From Monocercomonoides exilis PA203 (taxonomy: Eukaryota > Protista > Preaxostyla), in assembly GCA_001643675.2 (NCBI GenBank), contig LSRY02000035.1, positions 496,001-560,000 of the forward strand: 64,000 nt of DNA. The letters run 5' to 3'. The notes beneath the pieces were generated by a model. That model ran no database searches and was not told where the DNA came from. It saw only the letters and a program-made list of their open reading frames with translations. Within the stretch, counting starts at the first letter, position 1. Every line of letters begins with the position of its first letter. Shown one piece after another: positions 11,639 through 23,000 of this stretch. Position numbers and translations under genes: made by a program.

Positions 11639-13795
11639 ATGATGAGCAGTTTAAGTTTGGGGGAAAATCGTAAGCTATCAAGGGACGAGACATTAAGTGA
11701 ATTAGGCGTGCATGCAAGTAGAGCAAGCGAAGAAAAGAAAGATGAGCTGTTTGATTTAATGAAAGAAACGGCCCATCTTCTCTGTGGAATTGTGCGTGGA
11801 ACGATGAAAGAAGAAATCGAGGGTATTCTGAAGGAAGAATATGGAATGAGCGAAGGAGATGCATCCACAATTGCTGAAGAAGTTATCGCTGCACACTGTT
11901 TGCTATCAAATTTTCAATAACAATTTCAAAAAAAAAATGTCAAAATCTTTTATTGCTTTGTTGTTATTTTTTAGCTTCAAGCTGTTTGCCAAAGAAAAAA
12001 GGCGGGGCAGCTTTTGCTTTTGGGAAGGCAAGAACTTCGAGTCAAGCAAATGGGAAATTTTCTGTTCCATCAGCGTTTTCTTCGAAAACAGCAAGCTCTT
12101 CAAGCACTGACAAAGCTGCTCCAAAGCCATTCATGTCTTCATTACCACCAACGGAGAGTTCGGGGACTTTTGGTGGCCCTGCGAAGTTCCCGCCTTCGTT
12201 TGGAAGTGCGATGCAAGGGCCTGGGCCAATGTTACCAACTGGACTTTCCACAGCTGGTCCTTTTTCGTCTAGAATCTCTTTAGCTTTGCCAGTTTCTGAC
12301 GAGCCTTCGCTTTCTGTGCCAAGCATGGCACCACCAGGATTTCCTGCACCTGGATTTCCGTCTTCTTCATTTGGGGGTCCTATGTTGATGCCTCCATTTA
12401 ATCCCTCTGATGAGTCGAGCCCTTTTATCGGAACATCAGCCAGGATGATTGAAGATGAAGAGAAATTGCAAAAAGAAGAAGATAAAAAAGGGAAAAAGAA
12501 AGAGAGAAAGCATGAAAAGAAAAGCAAGAGCGACAGCGACTCTGACAGCGATGAGGAATCAGATGACTCAGAGGCGTCTGAAGATGAAAGTGGCTCTGAA
12601 GAAAGTGGCAACGATGAAAGTGGTGCTGATTCATCATCGTCGTCGTCAGAGGGAGGAAAAGGAAAAGAAGGATATAAAGAAAACAAAAAGCCGGTGAAGG
12701 GAAGTTTGCATTCTTTATTTAAATAAAAGATCTTCTGTAATTTTTTACGTATTTCGTGCTTTTTTTTATTAATTTATTATTTTATTTATTATTTTATTAA
12801 TTTTGAAATATTTCATTTTTCGTTGTTTATTTGTTAGAAATGAGAGGACCACTTCATTTTCTCCCTGAAGAGACAGCTGGGTATACTTCGTCGTTTGATT
12901 CAGATATTCAGTTGTTGCAGAAGGAGCGCCTTATTCGTGTGAATAGATCATATCCTATTCCTGTTTGTTTGGGCAATCCATTCAACAAAGGCATTTGGCG
13001 GGTGGATCTGCTTGTGGAAGATGCCAATCCAGAGTACTTCGCTTTTGCCATTCTGCAAGTGTGTGAGAGCAACATGAAGAATGCCATCAAGAAGCGCGAT
13101 TCTTCGCTGAAGCCAAAGAAGTCAAAAAGCAAATCAACGAGTCATCAAGCAGACAGTCCAGTGGCACCTCCTTTCGGTTTGTCATCGTCTGCTGCTTTTG
13201 GCTTTTCTGGGCCAAGCGGAGGATGTGGTCCTTTTGGTCAAGGGAAATTGAGAGGAGTTAGTGCAGAAGGGATGGTGATGAATTATAGAGGATTATTTGA
13301 TGATTCATCGCCCGGAATTCAACCCTGGAAATCAAAAGGTTCGCAAGTCGCTTGCGAAGTTAACACAAAGAAGAAAACTGCATCCTTTTTTGTTGATCGG
13401 AAAAAACAAACCATTGTGTTTACAAAGCTGCCAAAATGTGTGCAATTTCAGGTGTGAAAAATAAAAATTGTTGTAATTGAAGACTGCTTTGTTTGCCAGT
13501 CACCAAATCCATTTGACTTGTTTAACATATTTCAATAATTTTATTTTCTTTTCGTTTATTATTTTCTTTCTTTCTTTCTATTATATTTTATTAATTTATT
13601 AAAAATAACATTTTCTTTGCATTTTATATTTTTTTATTAACTATTTGATTTGCACATTAATTTTGATCAAACCTCTAATTGCAGATGCTCTTTCTTGATT
13701 CATCGGTAGTTATGAAAGTGCTCAGATTGGACAAAATAAAGAAACCTACTGGACCCAAAAAGGTTTCAGGCACTAAAAATATAGAGTTTTTGTAA
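11639..13795 (+). CDS. Protein with Pro/Ser- and acidic low-complexity middle and C-terminal SPRY/B30.2-like domain (4 exons)
   Basis: Introns 11898-11974, 12704-12837 and 13452-13684 (all GT-AG, phases consistent) join three track ORFs and a last exon ending in TAA at 13795. FNKGIWRVDL...WKSKGSQVACEVNTKKKTASFFVDRKKQTIVFTKLP is a SPRY-like pattern. Confidence 0.75.
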
Positions 13796-14269
13796 AATTG
13801 GTAAAGCCCAAATGTCTTGAAATGGAAAGGTTATGTTTTTTGTTTGATATTTGTCGTTGTTTTGCAATTGCAAATGAGTTATTTTCCTGCTTTTAATTTT
13901 CAAATGTGCTTCTCCAAATTGATTCAAATCATTTCATTCTTTCAATGCTTTTTCGTGGCAGCTATTATAAAATCAAACATATTCGATCGGAATTTAAAAA
14001 AAGCTTCCGTTTTTCATTCTTATTTTGAAAATTTTTCAACTTCTACAGTGTAGAATTGTCTTCGAGAAAATGCTTTTCTGTTAATGTTGTTCAAAAATGA
14101 TTCAAATATATAAAGTAGTGACATTTTTTTCAGACAAGGAATGCGTCAATTTGCAGAACAATAAGATGACCATTAACATTTCACCTTATTTTTTGGGTTC
14201 ATTTATTTGAAAAAAAGTTTGGTGATAATCGAATAATCTCTTGTTTAATTTGTCACTCACGAAAATAAA

Positions 14270-14700
14270 TAAATGGATACACTTTCTGTTTCTTCCATGG
14301 TGACAAGGAGCAAACGGCAGAGGAAATTGTCCATTTTTCGATAGAAGTTGTTTCACTCAATCCCCATTCGAGAATTGTGAATCAACAACCCCAACACAAA
14401 GAGTCTGGAATAATGGACATGCAGATAACTCTAAATGCAACAGCTGGCTCCCACTCGTTGCCCAGAATCAAATCGTTGCCAATAATGGAACTGATGCTGA
14501 TGCCTGTGGCAAACCCCAACAGAACCCATGTACCACTATCGAATACGCTCTCAACGGTTTCATTTCCCTCCTCTAAAACACTTCCCTCACACTCCTCACC
14601 TCTTCATTCTTTCTCACTCCAATAATAACCTTCTCACATTTTGTGCAAAAATCACTAACTTTGTTACAACTGTTTCAACTTCGTCATTCTTCAAGGTGAT
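14270..14700 (+). pseudogene. Fragment of a Cys-rich surface-protein family gene
   Basis: Frame reads SPFENCESTTPTQRVWNNG...NGTDADACGKPQQNPCTTIEYAL...L*NTSLTLL, the same CGxxxxxPCxT motif as the genes at 46.5-49.6 kb and 61.5-64 kb. Contains a stop and a frameshift. Confidence 0.65.
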
Positions 14701-14838
14701 TGAAGTGTCTTTCTTTTGGAGGTCAGAGTGATGGAGTCGAAAACAACTGAAAATGTTGCAAAGAGCCAACATACAATACTTTAATTCAGAATGTGAACAA
14801 CGAAATAAGAAAATTGTCATGACGAGCACCATCTCATA

Positions 14839-15781
14839 TTCTCATTTTCGTTTCAACTTTCAATCAGAAATGAATGCTCTTTTCTCCAAATTCTTTTCTT
14901 CTTCTTCATTGTTATCATTCTTTGCCTTTCTCTTCATTCCTTTTGTTTCTTCTTTTTTTTCACGAGAACACTTGTTTCATCCATTTCATCTCAAAATGCA
15001 ATTCTTCAATATCTCAATCAAATTCCATCTCTTTCTCTTCCTTTTTCTTCCTTTTTCTGTTTTTATCTGCATTTTCCTGTTGACTGAGGACGAGAAGATG
15101 TCTCTCTCGCATTCTTTTCTTCCAAATCTACAAAAAGTTCTGCTCCAATTGTATTTTACTCTTCTTTCCATTCCTTTTGCTTCTTCAGCTTCTTTGTTAT
15201 TATATGAATAAATATTTCCTCATTCATCAACAATTTCTTATCCTTATTCTGTTTCCTTGACTGATCTCCCTCAATTCCTGCTCAAAATTGTTCTTTTCCT
15301 CTCCATTTTTCTTCATTCTCACTTGCTTTGCAAATTGCTCATGGGCTCATTCTTCAAAATTCATTCTTCCAAATCCCCATTTTTCTCCAGCCCAATACAA
15401 ATGCAATGCATTCCTTAAAATATAAAACCTTTCATTTTGGATTGCTGAGAATGAATTGAAAAGATGAAGGAAACGAATCCACAACATTGATGCAAATGGT
15501 TGATACGTTCAATGGAAAAGTCTTCCTTTGCTTTTTCCCCCTCCATTCTTCATTATTTCTATTTCAATAAACATTCAAAATGCTGAGGAAGATGATATTT
15601 TGGATGAAAAAAAATGTTTTTGCTTTCTTTGATCATGTTGATGATGTTGATGATGATAAAAGAACAAGAAGAACGAAGAAATATCAGATGTGAAATGCTT
15701 CTCGTCTATTGACGGTTTTGTGAGAAGAATTTGAAATGAGAAATATTTCAAGAATATGAAGAAGAAGATGAACAGGCATTC
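14839..15781 (+). repeat. Dispersed repeat, segments A+B nearly contiguous (copy 2)
   Basis: Matches 5492-5792 and then 10779-11351, separated by ~70 bp; followed by a poly(A) tract. Confidence 0.9.
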
Positions 15782-15784
15782 AGG

Positions 15785-15788
<4 letters not shown>

Positions 15789-15848
<60 letters not shown>

Positions 15849-15873
15849 AGAGAGAGAGAGAGAGAGAGAGAGA
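15789..15873 (+). repeat. Poly(A) of 58 nt followed by (GA)n
   Basis: Direct reading of the sequence. Confidence 0.95.
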
Positions 15874-16252
15874 ATATACAAATCACTTATTTCGAATGAC
15901 AATATTTTGGACGATGGATCAAGTCATAAAAATTCCAGAAAAAATGAAAAGAGAGAACTTGTTGATTATGTACATTATTAATCATTTCCATTTTTATTAT
16001 CAAAATATGATAGTTAGAAAAAATATTTTTTTATTTTAAACATTTAAAAAGAAAAGAAAAGAAAAGAAAAACGGGTTAAAAATCGCCCTCGTTGGCTCAA
16101 TTAATTAAATGCAAGCAAAGCTTTTCGAAAAATCAATTTTCAAATGGTTTGGAATCCAGAAAATAACTTTGATTCATTCAATGGTATCACAGTGATTGCT
16201 ATGAATCTTCAATAGATGCTTTTTAAATCTGCTCTTGTAATGATAACTAATT

Positions 16253-19200
16253 TCAATTCGCTTTTTTCCATGGTGGAATAACGTAAACAGGCAATTTCAG
16301 GTAGTCATCTTCCTTGTTTAGTTGCATTCTGAAGCTTAGCCTTGGCACTGCATCAGGCAGAGTAGGGAGCGGCCATTCTCTTGGAACTGGACAAGCAACA
16401 CAAGTAAAAGGAATCGGATGGAGAACGTTGAAAGGAAAAATCGAGTCTGATGCGTCCAATGAAGCGGGTAGTGATGTGATCGAAGAAATTGTTGAGCACC
16501 ATGTTGGAGTAAATGAAAGAGAGTATGGAGAATGCTGAAAAACGCTTTCAGAAAACATTTTACTTTTTGAATTGAACGTATCGCTTTTTCTTTCTTTTTT
16601 CCATTCCGCATTGCTTATAGTTGACGCACCGCGTGTTTGGTCAGCGACCATCATTCCTTCCACTCCCTTTATCAGCAGCGAAATGACAGGCTCTCTTCGC
16701 AGTTCCAATCGCACAGTTGGGGCTTTTTGCTGGCTGAGATGGAACTTCTTTGCAACAGACTGTGGAAGCAGTAGATGGGGCATTTTCATCTGTATTTTCT
16801 GCATCCAAAGTTTGAGGGTTTCAAGACGCATTCTATGAACAACATGAGTACAAGGTGAACGTGATGCTGAAGATGAAGAAGTTGTTGATGCGCTATAGTT
16901 AGAGGAAAATTTTGTAGAGTTAGGTGACTTGGATTTAGAGCTGCGAGATGAAAGCGATGACAAAGAATGAGTTTGATCAATTGCACATTCAATTTCATCT
17001 ATTCCTTCTCCTTCCAAAATGTCATCTCTCCACGTCTGTTTTCCTGATATGCTGCTTTGCAGTCTTGTGCTTATTGCAAAATCATTGTCGCTTGATATGT
17101 TTATAGGAGATGCAGATGAAATTACTGCGCTCATTTGACTTTGCGATGGAGAAGGACTCAACTGCAACGATTTCGATTGATTGGACAAATCACTTTTCCT
17201 TTCAGAAACATCTTCTTCTCCTTCATCTTCTTCACCTTCATCTTCTTCGTCCTCCTCATCATCATATTCTTCTTCGTCTTCAAAAGTTCCCCTTTCTCTT
17301 TTTCGTTTTTGTTGGAAGCCTCTTTTTTCTCTTCGATTTCTCGCCATTTTGAAGTCACTTTCTTCATCTTCCTCCTCCTCTTCTGAATCTTCGCTGGCTC
17401 TTTTGATTCTTGCCAATTCCTGCTGAGGATCCTTATTCCACACAAAAGGATGATACTCTCTCCATCCAACACAGATGTTCCTATGCGTGCGAGGAGGGAT
17501 CGGCACCTTTGGAAGTTCGATCATCCTTGTTTTGTCCCTCGCTTCTTTCTGTTTTTGCTCTTCTGGTGTCACTTCTGCGGCGGAGATTGGAATAGAAACC
17601 CCAAATATCACCATAAAGACGATTCTGAATGCAGGATGCGGAATGGCATTTCTTATAATCAAGCTGGCATTCTTCTTTAAAGAATAAGAAGAAAAAAATT
17701 GCTTTCTTCCTTTGGAATCTGAAACCTGCTTCGAAGGACCCAGCAGCAGCTCTGCAGAAACAGAAGATGAAAGTACATTGTGTCCGTTGTGTGGAATCGC
17801 AACCAAAGTGCGGGATTCGATAATGACTGATTCAGAATCTGAACATAAAGCATAAAATGATAGCAAAAATAAAAATGATTACGTTTTTATAAAAGAATAT
17901 TTGAGAAAAATAGGGGAAAAAATCGTCTTTCTCTTTAAAAAAAAGTTTGTGCTGATTTTTATGTTTCATATCACTAGTGAATTTAAATTACATACCAATA
18001 TTGTGTTTCTGCTCCCAGCACCTAATAGCATTTAGTTCTGAAACCAAATGGTTGTCAAATCCAGATCGCAGAAGGATATTAACTGATGTAAGTTTCAGTG
18101 AAAGAGACTCTTGGCGAAGTGGGCAGAAGAAGCTAACACAAATTAAAATTAACAGCATGTTTAAAAGAAATAATTTCCATTAAAAAAATATTTTTTTTAA
18201 ACTGCAAATTTTCGAATGCTCCAAACCAATTTCCAAAAGACCACGGAGACAATGCAATATGCGTTCTTGAAACGCCATAGCCTGCAGGAAGCATTTTATT
18301 TGCATTTGCTTCTCTTTCGCCGTTCCTTTTGTTGTTTGATCCTATCATTTCAAGAAGAGTCAGCCATCTCATCTCCAACCCAACTTCTTTTGTTACAAGC
18401 GTCTCCTTTTCTTCTTCTGAAAGTCTGAGCTTTGTGGTTCCAGCGAAGCTTTCTTGAAAAGCAATACGCTGATGCGTCGGAAGGAAGTCGTATAAAGACC
18501 ACAATGTTGCATCCAGCCACATTGTACGTCCAAATGGATGAACAAGAAATGCCGGCTCTTCCTCTTCTTCTTCTTCTGAAGCATTGCTTCTATCAGAATC
18601 TTCATTTGAATCATTCCAATCGCTCTCTTCTCCGCTTTCATCAACATCATCGTTATCGCTTTCTTCATTCATATCTATTTCACGTTTTTCATCTTTTGCT
18701 TTTGTATTCCTCTTTCTTTTTGCCTTAACTTTTCCTTTAACTGATTTCTTCTGTGTCGCTTTTGCTTTTTTCATTTTCTTTGAAGAAAACGACGAAAGAA
18801 GATTCATCCTCTCTTCTGCGACTTCTTCTGCCCATCCTTCTTTCATTAACGCTTCTATGGAACGCAGAATTGATTCATTCTCTTTGCCAACACTTTTCTC
18901 AGAATCTGATTTTTCTCCTTTGTGCTTCGTTTTGCTGCTCATTCGGATGCCAGCAGCTACAGCTGTTGCAGCAGCTTTAAGAGACCTTTTCGCGCTTGAG
19001 CTTTTCGCTTTTGCATCTTTATCGCGAGGAGAGCGTGATCGAGAAGCTGAAAGAGACCTTGATGATTTCTTGCTTTGTTGTGTGACAGACGATGCAGGAG
19101 ATGATGTGGCTGATGTGAATGGTGAAATGAAATTTCTTGAAGTAGATGATGACGCAGATGAAGATCCAGATAACGAACTGGATAATAAATGAAGTGGTTT

Positions 19201-19966
19201 ATGGAACGCTTGTTGAATAATGAATTGAACATGAGGTGAAATGAGCCCAGGAACAATGGGAGTTGAATTTCTTTCGTCATAAAATGTATTTGGTGAAAGA
19301 AAGTTCTTATAACCATCAAGTTTCTTGTGCCTTAATAAGCAAAACCTCACCGAAGCATCAGGAGAAGAAGATTGCAAAAAACTAACATCAACCACAAAAG
19401 GTAAAATTCGTGGGGTTCCAAAAAACATCTGGTAAATTTCACGAAACGCAGAACCATTGCAAAAAAATTGAGTTGAAGAAAAAAGCGTCAACAAACCTCT
19501 AAACTTTGCATCTGCTTGAAAAGATTTCCTTTTTGGTAAGAAGAGATGTCTGTGGTACCAACAGAATCATCAATATGAACTAAACTCCATCCGAGACTAA
19601 CCTCGTGCGTTATTATATTCTTTTGGTCAACAGCCACAAGAACAAGTTCCACAATGATAGAAAGTGGTTGTTCAGGATCGCAAACAAAATATACTATATC
19701 CTTGCAGTCACAGTCGTAAGTGTTCACATCTGTCACTTGAATATCATGAAGAGGACTTTCATATGTGTCTCCAAACGCTGTGCGTTGATCTTTATGATAC
19801 AGAGTAAGATGATATCGATAATACATATTTTCATCAACAACTTTTTCACGCTGAAAATTCAAAAGAGGACTCCAGCTTAACTTTAAATTAAAAATCAAAA
19901 AAATACCACTGCTCTTTCTTCGTGAATATTTTGGAATCCATCGATGAAAAAAGCAAATGCAATCAT
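16253..19966 (-). CDS. NPHP4: Nephrocystin-4-like protein (N-terminal two C2-type domains only), multi-exon
   Basis: Motifs in the same order as I recall for NPHP4: YRYHLTLY..FGDTYES, IVYF..IIVELV..SLGWS, MFFGTPRIL, LLRHKKL..IVPGL, ESRTLVAIPHNG, HPAFRIVF, VGWREYHPF. ATG at 19966; introns 19851-19906, 19431-19496 and two more near 18.1-18.2 kb and 17.85-17.99 kb. Confidence 0.65.
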
Positions 19967-20081
19967 TTTAAAAAATTAATAAAAATATTGTGATTTTGAT
20001 CAAACTGAAAAACATATAAATGCATTATAACAAATCATATATCTCACAAAACAAAGAAAAAATTAAAGCTATCAATGTGTT

Positions 20082-23000
20082 TCAATTGAAACCATCTTTT
20101 GATAGCTTTAATTTATCTGGCCAATCTTTCTGAACAATTAATGAGTCATATGGAGATGGAATTGGAGTGAAATACTGATTAACAGAATGAAGAAATCTCC
20201 TGCAATAATCTTTCGGTTTAATAATCGTCGGGGCAACGCTTCCTTGTCCAAGTATTCCGCTTTTCTTCACAATGGACTGAAAAAAGTCAAAAGAAAAAAA
20301 AAGAAAAAGAAAAATATTATTTTCTGATAATTCAAAATAAAAATTCAACAGAAGCCAAACCTCCAGTTGCTTGTCCAAAGTGAACATTCTGATGTAATCA
20401 ATAATCCCACAAACGAGCATTTTCCGCTGTGCATCAATTCCCACCAGAAGCGAATAGTCAATGACCCTCAGCGACTCCAGGAAATGAGCATCCCGATCCA
20501 CGCTCCTCATCAAATACAGCCAGTCTGCCTCTTCCAGCACAAGCTTCTCATCATACATCATCTCCACCAGGTTTGAGTCCATCAGAACCGTCGGCCCTTC
20601 CTCCTCCCTCTCGTTTAATATACCGTCCTGCGCAGGCGCTTCGTCTCCGTCGCTTTCGCCATCTTTTCTCTCCTTCAGACGCTTCTTCTCTTTCACATAG
20701 CGCGACCGCTGGCTCCCCTTCAGATCAAACTGCACTTTGATCGAATGCTCCACAAACAGATTCTTCATCACAACGAAGTGCATCACCCCTTTCTTCCCGC
20801 CTGATGCCGTCGCACGCTTCTCCATTGTGATCAGCGCAAGAAACGGGATCAGCGCAGACGGCGACCCTTCAAAGAGAGAAGGTCCATAGTGCTGCATGTA
20901 TCCTCTCACATTCGACATCAGCTGCCGCATCTCCGTCGAAAAAATCTGCTTGAAAATGAACCGCCCGTCTGTCGTTTTGTAGAAGGCAGCACCAGACTTC
21001 CCGCCTTTGCCAGACATGTGGCGGCAGCTCAAAAGCGATTGTGCGAATATCCTGTTCCCAACCATTCGCGCTCGAAGCGCATAGAAATGGAGTGCAAAGT
21101 GCAGAGTCACCACCACATCGAAGTGTGTGTCTGAGATTGTCTGTGTGTAGTCATCGCGGCAGTTGAACAGCAGGCATTCGTGCTGTGCCTCAGAGGTGGG
21201 GAGGATTGGCTCGCCCAGCGGAGGAAGCAACTGTTTGCCGGGCGAGTCGGAGACTGCTGTGAATGGCGAAGGAGAAGAAGACGGAGAAGGAAGCGCAACG
21301 AAAGGAGAGCGAGGAGACAGCAGCTGTGGCGAACGAAACGGTGTCAGCTTCGGCGACATGAGCGGAGAAAGTGAATGCTTTTCTGATTCGGCTGTTGTGT
21401 GGATTGAGGCGTGCGACGGTGCAGCTGACACAATCAGCTGTGGGGAGCATCGTTCGCCTGGTTCAAATTCAGCTTGAGCTGATGGATTGAATGAAGAGAG
21501 GTCAGGCACTTGTGGAACAGGGCGAATTAGTTCAACGTCGTTTGAGCTTGCTCGGTGCTCTGCATCTTCCTTGCAAACATTCATATTTTCGTTTGAATGC
21601 TTAACTTGATCAGTTTTCTCATCATCATTATTCGCATTGCTTTCTTTTGGATTTTGGATTTGTGAATTTTCACCCATTCCATCAGCCAAACTTAAAGCAT
21701 AAAGTTTTTGCGTTTCATTCGTTTGTTCAGTGTCTGCTGAGTTCTCTCCATTTCTTTCTTTTTCACTTGCCCCTTCTTCGATGCTGCTGTGAATAGCATC
21801 TGCTGCCAATTTCTGGTAAGACTGCGCAACATTCGGAAGCGGAACCAACACAGATGCTGCATTCACCCCAACTTCCTCTTTTCCAGCTGATGAATACATT
21901 GTTGAGTTCTGCGACTGAGCTAATGAAGCATGTTCTGATCCGCCTTCAATGCCAGTTGCCCTCTTCAGATCCTTCTTTTCCAATGGAGTGTTGATGAGCG
22001 CCTCTTCTGGGATTCTTTCTATTCCCAGGCATTCAGCAGCTCGCTCAACGATGTGGTTGTGGTGATCAGCAGAAAGCAGCACTGCAGCTAATATCGACGT
22101 TGGCTGCTCTTCATCCACAAACACAGCTTCTCCGTAGCGCCCACGCTCGCAATGAGGATGAAGAGAAAGTGGATTAACAGGAGCTTTTGGCCAGCTTTGG
22201 TGCATCGATGGCGGGCGCTGTGAAACAAACAAGTCAGAAAACTGGAAAGACTGAGATGCGTGAGAGGATGATTGTTGTCTGGTTGCAGTGAAAGAATGTG
22301 CTGTAGACGAAGACAATGGCTTTGAAATGGCCATGTTCGATGATGTTGAACTTGAGGATAGTGTGAAGGCAGTCTGTGACGTCTGAGGGTGTGAAGTAGG
22401 ATCTGAGAAGCTGTTTACAGGTGAACTTAGAAACACTGCAGATGAAGCACCAGAAAAGCAAGAAGAAGCTGATGAAGCTGTTGCTGATGCTGTTGCTGTC
22501 ACTGTTAGTGTTGCAGAAGTTGCTGATGATGGAGGCATTGTTGCACATTCAAGAGAAGGCATCGATGCAGCCGTTGAAAGAGTTGCTGCTTTGGGGAGCT
22601 GTATGTGCAAGTAGTTGTATAACATACAGATTGCTTGCTGGTATCTGCGATTGACAAAGAAATAAGTGTCTGGATGAGGAAACAGACTCATGCATGCAAA
22701 AAGGCTCTCGGTTGACACAATTTTCTTTCCTTTCTCTTTTCTCTTTCTCTTGTTTGTTCTTTCTCTCTCGTCTGCTTCAATCTCCTCTTCCATTTCCATT
22801 TTCAGTTTCATACTCATTTCTGGATCAGCTCTTTTGGTCACAATGTATGTATCTTCACCTAATTTTGTGATCCCATCCGCATTTTCGCTTTGAATTCCTT
22901 GTAACAAGGTAGTTTTTTGATTTTGTTCAGAGAAGATTTCTGGATTGTTCTCTTGTTTCTCCTTTGCCACTGAAACAATAAGACCGAGATTTTTCGAATC

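Noticed and set aside
10779-15781. LTR retrotransposon bounded by the B repeats
   Set aside because: No gag/RT/integrase, no clear TG...CA termini, and no primer-binding site seen. Kept only as an unexplained direct repeat.
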